A stretch of 59,025 bases of DNA, from assembly GCA_035532195.1 (NCBI GenBank), contig DATKRM010000204.1:1-59025 (forward strand), given 5' to 3'. Position numbers and translations under genes: made by a program. The stretch comes from Solirubrobacteraceae bacterium. GTDB taxonomy: Bacteria > Actinomycetota > Thermoleophilia > Solirubrobacterales > Solirubrobacteraceae. The notes beneath the pieces are model-generated. The model had not been told where the DNA came from, ran no database searches, and saw only the letters and a list, made by a program, of their open reading frames with translations. Each line of letters starts with the position of its first letter. The stretch's first letter is position 1. This document shows, piece by piece, positions 17,817 to 27,433 of the stretch.

Positions 17817-19025
17817 TTACTTGATCTGGTTGTAAATGCTGAACAGCGGCAGGTACATGGACACGACGATCACGCCCACCATCCCGCCCACGACGATGAT
17901 CATCACCGGCTCCAGGATTGAGGTCAGGGCCTTGACGGCGGCCGCGACCTCGTCCTCGTAGAACTCGGCCAGCTTGGTCAGCATCGCGTCCAGGGCACCC
18001 GTCTCCTCCCCCACTCCCACCATGGACGCGACCATCGGCGGGAACACCGGCGACTGCTTGAGCGGCTCGGCGATCGTGCCGCCCACCTTGACCGACGCCA
18101 GCACGTTGTCCATCGCGTGCTCGACCACCGTGTTGCCGGCCGTCTTGCCCACGATGTCCAGCGCCTGCATGATCGGGACGCCGGCGGCGATGAGCGAGGA
18201 CATGGTGCGGGCCCACCGAGCGATGGCCACCTTCTGGACCACGTCGCCGATCTTTAGAGGCACCCGGAGCTTGAACCTGTCCCAATGCGCCCGCCCCCAC
18301 TCGGAGCGCCTCAAGAAGATGAAGCCGCCGATCGCCCCGACGACGAACAGGATCAGCAGATACCACTGGCCACGGATCAGATGCGAGAAGCCAACCATGA
18401 ACTGGGTCAGCGCCGGCAGGTGGCCCCCGAACTGCTTGAACACCTTCTCGAACACTGGGATCAGGAAGGCCACCAGCGCCAGCAACACAATCACCGCGAA
18501 GCTGACGATCACCGCGGGGTAGATCATGGCCGAGCGCACCTGCCGGCGCAGCGACGCGTCCTTCTCCAGCTGGTCGGCCGTGCGCAGCAGCGACTGCTCG
18601 AGCAGGCCACCCGCCTCGCCGGTTCTCACCATGGCCACGTAGAGTGGCCCGAACACCTTGGGGTGGCGCTCCATGGCGGTGGACAGAAGCAGCCCGGCCT
18701 CGACGTCCTGGCGGACCGCCCGCAGGGTCTCGGCCAGCAGCTTGGACTTCGTCTGGCCCTCCAGCACGTGCAGCGAGCGCAGGATCGGCACCCCGGATGA
18801 CACCATGGTGGCCAGCTGCCGCGTGGCCACGGCCAGATCGGGCAGCTTCACCCGCTGCGGGAGCCGGATGTTGAGCTCCATGCTGCGGTACTTGTTGGCC
18901 ACGTCCAGCACGACCAGCCCTCGGGCCTTGAGCTGGTCGGCCACCGCCTGCTTGGAGACGGCATCCACCTCGCCTTGGGCCGGAACGCCGGCCAGGTCCA
19001 TGGCTTTGAAGACGAACGTGGGCAC
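17817..19025 (-). CDS. pilC: Type IV pilus platform protein PilC (GspF family)
   Basis: TRQLATMVSSGVP, GEAGGLL, RSAMIYP, VGEETGALD, LEPVMI, MYLPLF. Confidence 0.95.
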   Translation of the reverse strand: MPTFVFKAMDLAGVPAQGEVDAVSKQAVADQLKARGLVVLDVANKYRSMELNIRLPQRVKLPDLAVATRQLATMVSSGVPILRSLHVLEGQTKSKLLAETLRAVRQDVEAGLLLSTAMERHPKVFGPLYVAMVRTGEAGGLLEQSLLRTADQLEKDASLRRQVRSAMIYPAVIVSFAVIVLLALVAFLIPVFEKVFKQFGGHLPALTQFMVGFSHLIRGQWYLLILFVVGAIGGFIFLRRSEWGRAHWDRFKLRVPLKIGDVVQKVAIARWARTMSSLIAAGVPIMQALDIVGKTAGNTVVEHAMDNVLASVKVGGTIAEPLKQSPVFPPMVASMVGVGEETGALDAMLTKLAEFYEDEVAAAVKALTSILEPVMIIVVGGMVGVIVVSMYLPLFSIYNQIK

Positions 19026-19027
19026 GG

Positions 19028-20116
19028 CTAAGCGGCGAGCTGGTGACCGCCGGCAGAACCGAGCAGCCGCCGAAGCTCTTCGGCGGAGTGAGCCCGCGAC
19101 TCGGCCAGCGCCTGAGTAATCGTGCCGGCTCGGACCAGCGAGGCCAGCGACGCGTCCATCGTCTGCATCCCGTGCGAACCGCCGGTCTGCAGGACCGAGT
19201 AGATCTGGTGGCTCTTCGACTCGCGGATCAGGTTACGCACGGCCGCCGTGGGGAGCAGGACCTCCGCGGCCACGCAGCGGCCGGACCCATCGGCGGTGGG
19301 CAGCAGGGTCTGGGTCATGATCCCCTGCAGGGCCACCGACAGCTGGGCCCGGATCTGGCCCTGCTGCGCCGAGGGGAACACGTCGATGATCCGGTCGATC
19401 GTCTGCGCGGTGTCCTGGGTGTGCAGGGTGGCGAACACCAGGTGCCCGGTCTCGGCCGCGGTGATGGCCGTGGAGATAGTTTCCAGGTCACGCATCTCGC
19501 CGACCAGGATCACATCCGGGTCCTGGCGCAACGCGGCCTTCAGCGCCTCGCCGAAGCTGGTGGCGTCGGACCCCAACTCCCGCTGGTTGACGATGCACTT
19601 CTTGTGCTGATGCAGGAACTCGATCGGATCCTCGATCGTCATGATGTGCTCCTCCCGGGAGGAGTTGATCACGTCGATCAGCGAGGCCAGCGTGGTCGAT
19701 TTGCCCGACCCGGTCGGCCCGGTGACCAACACCAGCCCACGCGGCTTGTTGGCGAACTCCGCCACCACCGGCGGTAGCCCCAGCGTGTCCAGCGGCACCA
19801 CTTCGAACGGGATCAGGCGGAACGCGGCGCCCACGGCGGCGCGCTGAAAGTAGGCGTTGACTCGGAACCGGGCCCTGCCCGGAATCTGGTAGGCGAAGTC
19901 GAGCTGCCAGTGGTTCTCGAACTTCTGCCGCTGCGAGCCGCTGAGGATCGAGTACACGATCTCGCGCGTGTCGGTGGGGGTGAGCGTGGGGTAACCCTCG
20001 ACCGGGATGAGCCGTCCCCGGATCCGGACCATCGGGGGTGCGCCGGCGGTCAGATGGAGGTCCGACGCCCGCCGGTCCATCACCTCAAGCAGCAGCGCGG
20101 CGAAATCAATCTCCAT
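19028..20116 (-). CDS. pilT: Type IV pilus retraction ATPase
   Basis: ASDLHL, GPTGSGKSTT, TIEDPIE, LRQDPDVILVGEMRD, AVRNLIRE, GMQT. Confidence 0.96.
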   Translation of the reverse strand: MEIDFAALLLEVMDRRASDLHLTAGAPPMVRIRGRLIPVEGYPTLTPTDTREIVYSILSGSQRQKFENHWQLDFAYQIPGRARFRVNAYFQRAAVGAAFRLIPFEVVPLDTLGLPPVVAEFANKPRGLVLVTGPTGSGKSTTLASLIDVINSSREEHIMTIEDPIEFLHQHKKCIVNQRELGSDATSFGEALKAALRQDPDVILVGEMRDLETISTAITAAETGHLVFATLHTQDTAQTIDRIIDVFPSAQQGQIRAQLSVALQGIMTQTLLPTADGSGRCVAAEVLLPTAAVRNLIRESKSHQIYSVLQTGGSHGMQTMDASLASLVRAGTITQALAESRAHSAEELRRLLGSAGGHQLAA

Positions 20117-20123
20117 GCGCTAG

Positions 20124-20148
20124 CTATCGGCGCCGCGGATCGCCTGGA
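20124..20148 (-). promoter_or_regulatory. sigma28/WhiG-like leaderless promoter of pilT
   Basis: TCCAG-N12-GCCGATAG (or TAAT-N16), 7 nt before the pilT ATG; no SD. Confidence 0.55.
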
Positions 20149-20179
20149 TTAGCAGGCTGGCCGGGGCCTGGACGATGCT

Positions 20180-21973
20180 TTATCCGGTGCCGGTGACCCG
20201 GGATACCTCAGCAATCGAGGTGACCCCCGCCCGCACCTTGTCCAGCCCGTCCTCACGTAGCCTGCGCATGCCCTCGCGCACCGCCACACCTGCGATGTCT
20301 TCCGAGGAGGCTCGGGCCAGCGAGAGGCCCCTGATGTCATCCGACATGCCCATCACCTCAAACAGGCCGATCCGCCCGCGGTAACCCATCTGGTTGCAGC
20401 GCACGCAGCCCACCGGCTCGTAGGCCTCGATGTCGAACTGGGTTTGGAACCCGTGCTCGCGCACCACCTCGGCCGGCAGCATGGTCCGCCTCTTGCAGTG
20501 CTGGCACAGGGTCCGGGCCAGCCTCTGAGCCACCACGCAGTCGACCGCCGAGGCGATCAGAAACGGCTCGATCCCCATCTCGATCAACCGAGTGATCGCC
20601 GACGGAGCGTCGTTGGTGTGCAGGGTGGAGAGCACCATGTGCCCGGTCAGCGCTCCCTCGACGGCGATCTGCGCCGTCTCCCGGTCGCGGATCTCCCCCA
20701 CCATCAGGATGTCCGGGTCGGCCCGCATCATCGAGCGCAGCCCGGTGGCGAACGTGAGGCCGGACTTGGGGTTGACCTGAACCTGCGTGATCCCGTCGAC
20801 CTCGTACTCGACCGGATCCTCGATCGTGATGATGCTCTTCTCGGGGGCGTTGAGCTCTCCGAGCGCGGCGTATAGCGACGTCGATTTCCCGGAGCCCGTG
20901 GGCCCGGTGACCAGTACCGCTCCATGGGCCCGGCGGAACGCGCGGCGGAACCGGTCCAGCTCATGTCCTGCCATGCCCAGCTTCTCCAGCTCCAGCTGGA
21001 CGTTGTCCTTGTCGAGGATACGGAGCACCACCGACTCGCCGTGCACGCTGGGCAGGGTGACGACCCGGATGTCAATGTGACGTCCGTCCACGGTCAGACC
21101 CACGCGCCCGTCCTGCGGCAGCCGCCGCTCGGAGATGTCCAGCTCGCTCATGATCTTGATCCGGGAGATGACCCCGGCCACCATCCGCTTGGGCACCGTG
21201 GTCTCGTCGGACAAGACGCCGTCGACCCGCATTCTGACTCGGAGTTCGTTGCCCGGCCGGCCCTTCTCGTCCACGTTGGGCTCGAGGTGGATGTCCGAAG
21301 CGCCTCGCTCGGCCGCCTCGGCGATGATCGAGTGCACGAGCTTGATCACCGGCGCGTCCTCGGCGGACTCGCGCAGGTCGATGATCTCCAGCGGCCCAGC
21401 CGCCTCCTCGGCCTCGTCCACCGCCTCCTGCACCACGTCCTCGAAGTGGTTCATCCGGGAGATCAGCGCCGCGATGTCCTCGGCCGAGGCCACCGCGGAC
21501 CGCACGTCCATGCGGGTGATCATCGCGATGTCGTCGACCGCGATGACGTTCGATGGATCGGCCATGGCCAGCAGCAGCGTGCGCTCGTCCAGGTAGCTCA
21601 CCGGGACGGCCGCGTAGCGTTTGGCGGCCGCTGAGCTCATCAGGTTGGCCGCGGCCATGTCGACCTTGAGGATTCCCAGGTCCAGGTGGTCCAGGCCGTA
21701 GCGCTCGGCAATCGCGCGTGACAGCTGCTCGGGCGTGATCGCTCCCTGCTCGAGCAGCATCTGCTCGGGCGATGCTCCGGCCCCGCGGGCCTCCTGGATC
21801 GCCCGCTGCACCCGCTCCTCCTCGCAGAAGCCCAGCTCGACCAGAACGTCGGTCAGGAACCGGCTGGACCCGCCGCGCCGGCTCGGCGGGGTGATGCCGG
21901 TCCCCGGTTTGTCGGCGTCCGCGGCCCGGCCCTCCGGGCCCAGCGCACGTAGATGATGGATGTTGTCGCTCAC
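20180..21973 (-). CDS. pilB: Type IV pilus extension ATPase
   Basis: ASDIHLEP, ERRLPQDG, GPTGSGKST, TIEDPVE, RADPD, CQHC...CVRC tetracysteine motif, GYRGRIG. Confidence 0.95.
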   Translation of the reverse strand: MSDNIHHLRALGPEGRAADADKPGTGITPPSRRGGSSRFLTDVLVELGFCEEERVQRAIQEARGAGASPEQMLLEQGAITPEQLSRAIAERYGLDHLDLGILKVDMAAANLMSSAAAKRYAAVPVSYLDERTLLLAMADPSNVIAVDDIAMITRMDVRSAVASAEDIAALISRMNHFEDVVQEAVDEAEEAAGPLEIIDLRESAEDAPVIKLVHSIIAEAAERGASDIHLEPNVDEKGRPGNELRVRMRVDGVLSDETTVPKRMVAGVISRIKIMSELDISERRLPQDGRVGLTVDGRHIDIRVVTLPSVHGESVVLRILDKDNVQLELEKLGMAGHELDRFRRAFRRAHGAVLVTGPTGSGKSTSLYAALGELNAPEKSIITIEDPVEYEVDGITQVQVNPKSGLTFATGLRSMMRADPDILMVGEIRDRETAQIAVEGALTGHMVLSTLHTNDAPSAITRLIEMGIEPFLIASAVDCVVAQRLARTLCQHCKRRTMLPAEVVREHGFQTQFDIEAYEPVGCVRCNQMGYRGRIGLFEVMGMSDDIRGLSLARASSEDIAGVAVREGMRRLREDGLDKVRAGVTSIAEVSRVTGTG

Positions 21974-22773
21974 GCCAGCCTCCCCACCGCCTGGCGCATG
22001 ACCTCCCGCGGCGCCGGGCGACCCGTGAACAGCTCGAAGCTCAGAGCCCCCTGAGCCACCAGCAGCTCGAGTCCGTCAACCACGGCCAGACTGGCCCGGC
22101 GGGCGGCGCTGATGAGGTCAGTTTCGGTGGGGGCGTACACGAGGTCAACTACGCAAACGTACCTCGCTTGCCATTCGGTGAGGAGCGGCAAATGCTTTAG
22201 CTGGGCGCGGAAATCCAAACCGATGGTAGTGCAGTTGATGAGCAGATCCGCCTCGACGGGTTCGGCGACCGCTGTGCCGCCCAGCTCCTGGGTCAGCGCG
22301 GCGGCCCGCTCCGGGGTCCGGTTCCACACGCTCACCCGCTCCGCGCCGCCCTGGACCAGGGCCCACACCACCGCGCGGGCGCTTCCCCCCGCCCCCATGA
22401 CCTGCGCGGTGCGGCCGCGAGGCGAGAACGGGAGCGCCTCGATCAGCCCGGGGGCATCGGTGTTGTCCGCCACCATCGTCCCGTCGGCCTCGAACCGCAA
22501 TGTGTTCGTCGCCCCGATATCGGCCGCGCTTTGGCTGGCCCGGTCGGCGAACCCCAGCGCGGCCTGCTTGTGCGGGACGGTCACGTTCACCCCCCGGAAC
22601 CCGGCGGCCGGGAGAGCTCTCACCGTCTCGGCCAGCAGCTCCGGCGGGACGGGCAGATGCTGGTAGCGCCAGCCGGCCAGGCCCGTCTGGCGGAGGGCGG
22701 CATTCTGCATTTGGGGCGAGCGGCTGTGGCTCACCGGCCAGCCCAGCACGCCCAGGCGCGTCCGTTCGGCCAC
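21970..22773 (-). CDS. aroE: Shikimate dehydrogenase
   Basis: GWPVSHSRSP, GVNVTVPHK, NTD, GAGGSARA, WNRT, DLVY. Confidence 0.95.
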   Translation of the reverse strand: MAERTRLGVLGWPVSHSRSPQMQNAALRQTGLAGWRYQHLPVPPELLAETVRALPAAGFRGVNVTVPHKQAALGFADRASQSAADIGATNTLRFEADGTMVADNTDAPGLIEALPFSPRGRTAQVMGAGGSARAVVWALVQGGAERVSVWNRTPERAAALTQELGGTAVAEPVEADLLINCTTIGLDFRAQLKHLPLLTEWQARYVCVVDLVYAPTETDLISAARRASLAVVDGLELLVAQGALSFELFTGRPAPREVMRQAVGRLA

Positions 22774-24267
22774 TTAGCAGCGCGCGGGCGAGCGTCCACC
22801 CCGCTGGCTGCGCGCGGCGTTGTACTGCTGCTCTTCCTGCAGGAACTGCGCGTAGGTGGAGGCGAAGGCGTGCTCGCCGTTGCCGCACGGCTTGACCACG
22901 AAGAACAGGTAGTCGGTGGCGGCCGGGTGGGCCGCGGCCTGGATCGAAGACAGGCCGGGATTGGCGATCGGGGTCGGCGGCAGCCCCTGGTGCACGTAGG
23001 TGTTCCAGGGCGAGGGCGCGCGCAGCTGAGATTCGGTGATTGGGCTGGTGTAGTTGCCCACGGCGTAGCGCACCGTGGCGTCGATCTGCAGGAGCATTCC
23101 CTGGCGCAGCCGGTTATAGATCACCGAGGCGATCAGCGGCCGGTCCTTCTGGGTCTCCGCCTCCTTCTCCACCATCGAGGCCACGATCAGCAGCTGGTAG
23201 GGCGAGAGACCGCGGCTGCGGGCATACCCCAGGCCGACGCCGGCCCACTCCTGCTTGAACCGCTTCAGCTGATCGTTCACCAGCGTGTCGACGTTGATGG
23301 GCACTCGCAGCTGGTAGGTGTCGGGGAACAGGAAGCCCTCGAGCGAGTTGGTGCCCGCTGGAGCGGCATACGTGCCCGGATTGAGCACGTGCGAGTGTCG
23401 CGAGGCGGCGACGTAGCTCCCCTTGACGCCTTGTGAGTGCAACAGCTGATTGATCTCCTGTCGCGTCTTGCCAGGCGTGATCGTGACGCCGGTGGTCGGC
23501 ACCGGCGGGGGCGGCGTGCTCAGGATCTTGATCACGTCCCCATAGCTCATGTCCTGCCGCAGGTGATACGTGCCGGGTAGCAGCTTGCTGCTCGACAGTG
23601 CCTCGCGCAACTTGAACAGGAAGCTGCACGAGGGGAAACTGCAGGAGATCACACCCTGGCGCTCGAGCTGGTCCCCGATCTGGCTGCTCGAGGCGTGCGC
23701 CGGAATGGTCACCGTCACGTCGCCATGGCCTGAGCCGTGGAAGGGCTGGAACAGCTCGACCAGGAACCAGATCACGGCTGCCGCGAACACCAGCGCCAGC
23801 AGGGCGATCACCCGGCCGACCCGCGAGTGAGGCGCCCCGAACCGGCGGTGACGGGGATCAGACGGGGGCCGGCGCGGCGGTTGCGCCTCCGCGGTGCCGG
23901 CGCCGCCGCCGCGGGCCTCGCGCCAGCCCACCCGGCGGGTGCCGGCGGCGTGATCATCATCAACCAGCTGGGCCAGTTCGAGCTCACCGGTGTCGTATGG
24001 GGAGACCAGATCGGATTCATCGGTCGGCTGGGGCGGCGGAGGCCCGACCTCAGGCGGCGGCGGGGTCAGATTGCGCGGAGGCAGGGCCTCTGGCGGCGAC
24101 GGAGGCGCAGCCTGGGGATGTGGCGCCGCGGGCTCTGGCGGCGGCGCGGGCTCCCGACCGACCGGCGCGAACGGTTGCTGGCCCGAACCTCCTTGACCCC
24201 GCCGACGCTCTCGCTCCAGGCGGGCTGCCTCGCGCTCTGCCGCCGAGCGCTCGCGGGACTCACTCAT
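22774..24267 (-). CDS. mltG: Endolytic transglycosylase MltG with a Pro-rich cytoplasmic N-terminus
   Basis: LEGFLFPDTY, ASMVEKEA, ASVIYNRL, LQIDAT, SPWNTY, GLPPTPIANPG. ATG 24267 overlaps the ruvX stop. Confidence 0.93.
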   Translation of the reverse strand: MSESRERSAAEREAARLERERRRGQGGSGQQPFAPVGREPAPPPEPAAPHPQAAPPSPPEALPPRNLTPPPPEVGPPPPQPTDESDLVSPYDTGELELAQLVDDDHAAGTRRVGWREARGGGAGTAEAQPPRRPPSDPRHRRFGAPHSRVGRVIALLALVFAAAVIWFLVELFQPFHGSGHGDVTVTIPAHASSSQIGDQLERQGVISCSFPSCSFLFKLREALSSSKLLPGTYHLRQDMSYGDVIKILSTPPPPVPTTGVTITPGKTRQEINQLLHSQGVKGSYVAASRHSHVLNPGTYAAPAGTNSLEGFLFPDTYQLRVPINVDTLVNDQLKRFKQEWAGVGLGYARSRGLSPYQLLIVASMVEKEAETQKDRPLIASVIYNRLRQGMLLQIDATVRYAVGNYTSPITESQLRAPSPWNTYVHQGLPPTPIANPGLSSIQAAAHPAATDYLFFVVKPCGNGEHAFASTYAQFLQEEQQYNAARSQRGGRSPARC

Positions 24268-24658
24268 CCGTTGTTCCCGCCCGCCCGGCCAGCCAGCTCT
24301 CCAGCAGATGTGCGGCGGCCCGTGAGTCCTCGCTGGCTCGACCACCGGTGCGGGCGGCCAGCCGGGTGGTCAGTCGCTCGTCGTAGAGCTCGACCGGCAC
24401 CGGCAGCTCTCGCTCCAGCCGCCGGGCGAAGTCTCGCGCCTCGGCGGTTTGGTCGGAGTCAGATCCAGACAGGCTGAGCGGCAGCCCGACCACCACGCGC
24501 TCGGCGCTCAGCTCGGCGACCAACGCACGGAGCCGCGCTCTGCCCCGGCGGGAGCTGGGGCTGGCCACCGGCTCAATGGGAGTGGCCAGGACGCCGGTCG
24601 GATCGCTGATTGCGCACCCGCAGCGCGCGCTTCCGTAGTCAAGCGCCAGCACTCTCAC
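24260..24658 (-). CDS. ruvX: YqgF/RuvX nuclease
   Basis: LALDYG, ISDP, VVGLPLSL, DERLTT, DSRAAAHLL; standard alaS-ruvX-mltG synteny. Confidence 0.94.
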   Translation of the reverse strand: MRVLALDYGSARCGCAISDPTGVLATPIEPVASPSSRRGRARLRALVAELSAERVVVGLPLSLSGSDSDQTAEARDFARRLERELPVPVELYDERLTTRLAARTGGRASEDSRAAAHLLESWLAGRAGTTDE

Positions 24659-24663
24659 GCAGG

Positions 24664-27312
24664 CTAGTGACTTCCACTCAGGGCTGCCTCCACCGTCCGG
24701 CGAGCCATCTCAAGCGCCTCGGGGAGCTTGGCAGTGTCTTTTCCTCCGGCCCGAGCCAGCGTGGCGCGGCCCCCACCGCCGCCCCCCACGACCGCTGCGG
24801 CGGCGCTCACGATCTCGTCGGCCCGCACCCCGCGGGACACCAGTGAGGGGGCCACGCTGGCCACCAGGTTGACCCGGCCCTCACCGGCGCCGCCCAGGAC
24901 GATCGCGGCATCGCCCAGCTTGGACTTGAGGCGGTCCACCAGCTCCAGTAATGCCTTGTCGTCAGGCACGGGCAGCTCGCTGACCAGGATCACGGCCCCG
25001 TCGTGCTCGACCGCCGAGCCGATCAGTTGCTCGACGTCCACCGCGTCGGTCGGGCTCGGTCGGGCTCCGCCCTTTTCCAGCTCACGCACCCGGTCGCGGA
25101 GCTGCTGGACGGCGTCCGGCACCAGCTCCGGGGTCACCCGCAGCACCCGGGCCGCCGCCCCCAGCGCCCGATCGTAGTGGCGTACCTGCATGACTGCCTC
25201 GGGGCCCGTGATTGCTTCTATGCGCCGCACGTTGGCCGCGCTCGACGTCTCGGTGGTGATCTTGAACAGTCCGATCTCGGCCGTGAAGCTGACATGGGTG
25301 CCGCCGCACAGCTCGCGGGAGAACGAGCCGTCCCCCACCTCGATCATGCGCACCACATCGCCGTACTTCTCGCCGAACAGCGCCATAGCGCCCAGCCCCC
25401 GAGCCTCGCTGAGCGTCGTGATCAAAGCGCGCACCGGCTGGTCGGCCAGGATCCACTGGTTGACCTGGTCCTCCACATCGGCTCGCTCCTGCTCACTCAG
25501 GCCGTGGCCGTGGGTGAAGTCGAACCGCAGCTTGTCCGGGCCGACGTAGGAGCCGGCCTGGTGGACATGCGTGCCCAGTCGCTGGCGCAACGCGGCGTGG
25601 AGCAGATGGGTGGCGGTGTGGTTGCACTCGGTGGCGTGGCGGGTCACCTGATCCACCTGCGCGTGCACCCGCTCACCGGGCTCGAACCGGCCCCGCTGCA
25701 CCTCCAGCGCCACCACCTGGTCCTCGCCGATCCGCAGCACGTCCTCGACTCGCGCCCGGCAGTCGCCGTCCGCGCACTCGACGTACCCGGCGTCGGCGAT
25801 CTGACCTCCGCCTGTGGGGTAGAACGGCGACTCGACCAGCTTGGCCAGAACTCTCTGCCCGTCGTCGCCGTGCACGGCGCCGACCGTGGTCTCCAGGTCG
25901 GTGGTCTCGTACCCCTTGAAGTCGGTCCGAAAGCCCGCCTGGCCCACCAGTGCTAGCGCTCGTTCGCGCAGCTCCTCGCCGGCCCGGGGGCGCCCCGACG
26001 CGGCCCGCGCGCGCTGGCGCTGCTGGTCCATCAGCCGCTCGAATCCCTCTTGGTCCACGCCCATGCCCTGCTCGGCCGCCAGCTCGTCGGTGAGCTCGAT
26101 GGGGAACCCGTAGGTGTCGTGCAGCATGAACGCGTCGTCAGCGGAGATCCCCTCTTCACCCTGCTCACAGGCTCGCTCCAGCAGCTCGGACAGCAGGCGG
26201 TTTCCCTGCTCCAGGGTTCGGCCGAATCCCGTCTCTTCGGCCGACAGCCATTTGCGCACGTTCTCATGCTGCTCGTGCAGCTCCGGGTATTCAGCGCCCA
26301 TGATCTCGGTCACCCGGTCGGCGTACTGGCCCAGGAAGCCGGTCTCCAGCTCCAGGGCCCGGCCCTGCTGGATGGCTCGGCGCATGATCCGCCGCAACAC
26401 GTACCCGCGGTCTTCGTTGGAGGGCACCACTCCGTCGGCGATCAGGAACGTCATCGCACGCGAGTGATCGGCCAGCACGCGCAGCGCCCGGTCGGTAGCG
26501 AAATCCTGGCCGTAGCGACGGCCTGACAGTTCCTCGCCCAGGCTCATGAGCGGGGCAAATTGGTCGGTCTCGAACACCGAGGGCTTGTTCTGCAGGATCG
26601 CGGCCAGCCGGTTGAGGCCCAATCCCGTGTCGATGTTCTGCTTGGGCAGCGGCGTCAGCGTGTTCACCGGGTTCTGGTCGAACTGCATGAACACGAGGTT
26701 CCAGTACTCGAGGAAGCGCTCGTTGTCCCCGCCGGGAAGGTCGTCCGCGTTTCCGAACTCGAGCCCGCGATCCAGGTACAGCTCCGAGCAGGGGCCGCAC
26801 GGGCCCAGCGGCCCGGCCTGCCAGAAGTTCTCCGCGCGGGGACACTCGACGATGCGCTCACGTGGCACTCCGATCTCCAACCAGGCTTCGATCGCCTCGT
26901 CGTCTGGCCCCAGGCGCAGCTCCTCGTCGCCCGCGAACACCGTGATCCAGATGTCGTCCGCCGCAAAGCCGAACCCCTCGGTCGACAGCTCCCAGGCGAA
27001 CCGTGCGGCCTCCCGCTTGAAGTAGTCGCCGAACGAGAAGTTGCCCAGCATCTCGAAGAACGTGAGGTGCCGGGTGGTGGTCCCAATGATGTCGATGTCG
27101 GCGGTGCGGAACGTTTTCTGGCACGTGGTGACCCGCGGATGCGGCGGCCGTTCGATCCCCAGGAAGTAGGGCTTCAGCGGGTGCATGCCGGCCACTGTGA
27201 ACAGCGCCGAGGGGTCGAACTCAGCCGGGATCAGGGACGCCGAGGGCAGGCGCTTGTGATCGCGCCGGGTGAAGAACTCCAGAAAGGTTCGCCGGATGTC
27301 GTCCGAGGTCAT
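24664..27312 (-). CDS. alaS: Alanine--tRNA ligase
   Basis: HLTFFEMLGNFSFGDYFK, IDTGLG, GYVLRR, HTATHLL, ELCGGTH, GGGGG. ATG 27312 follows a TAAACT -10. Confidence 0.98.
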   Translation of the reverse strand: MTSDDIRRTFLEFFTRRDHKRLPSASLIPAEFDPSALFTVAGMHPLKPYFLGIERPPHPRVTTCQKTFRTADIDIIGTTTRHLTFFEMLGNFSFGDYFKREAARFAWELSTEGFGFAADDIWITVFAGDEELRLGPDDEAIEAWLEIGVPRERIVECPRAENFWQAGPLGPCGPCSELYLDRGLEFGNADDLPGGDNERFLEYWNLVFMQFDQNPVNTLTPLPKQNIDTGLGLNRLAAILQNKPSVFETDQFAPLMSLGEELSGRRYGQDFATDRALRVLADHSRAMTFLIADGVVPSNEDRGYVLRRIMRRAIQQGRALELETGFLGQYADRVTEIMGAEYPELHEQHENVRKWLSAEETGFGRTLEQGNRLLSELLERACEQGEEGISADDAFMLHDTYGFPIELTDELAAEQGMGVDQEGFERLMDQQRQRARAASGRPRAGEELRERALALVGQAGFRTDFKGYETTDLETTVGAVHGDDGQRVLAKLVESPFYPTGGGQIADAGYVECADGDCRARVEDVLRIGEDQVVALEVQRGRFEPGERVHAQVDQVTRHATECNHTATHLLHAALRQRLGTHVHQAGSYVGPDKLRFDFTHGHGLSEQERADVEDQVNQWILADQPVRALITTLSEARGLGAMALFGEKYGDVVRMIEVGDGSFSRELCGGTHVSFTAEIGLFKITTETSSAANVRRIEAITGPEAVMQVRHYDRALGAAARVLRVTPELVPDAVQQLRDRVRELEKGGARPSPTDAVDVEQLIGSAVEHDGAVILVSELPVPDDKALLELVDRLKSKLGDAAIVLGGAGEGRVNLVASVAPSLVSRGVRADEIVSAAAAVVGGGGGGRATLARAGGKDTAKLPEALEMARRTVEAALSGSH

Positions 27313-27433
27313 GGGGACCGTGAGTTTAGGAGTCGGCCGGAACCTAAAGACGCCGGACTGGAGTGCAGACAAAAGTTGTAGATCCAGGGCAGGGGCTTGA
27401 GTTTGCGAGCCGTGAACCCGTCTTTATGACTGA

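Noticed and set aside
23850-24267. Pro-rich low-complexity segment as a repeat element
   Set aside because: It is the disordered cytoplasmic N-terminus of MltG, common in actinobacterial homologs.
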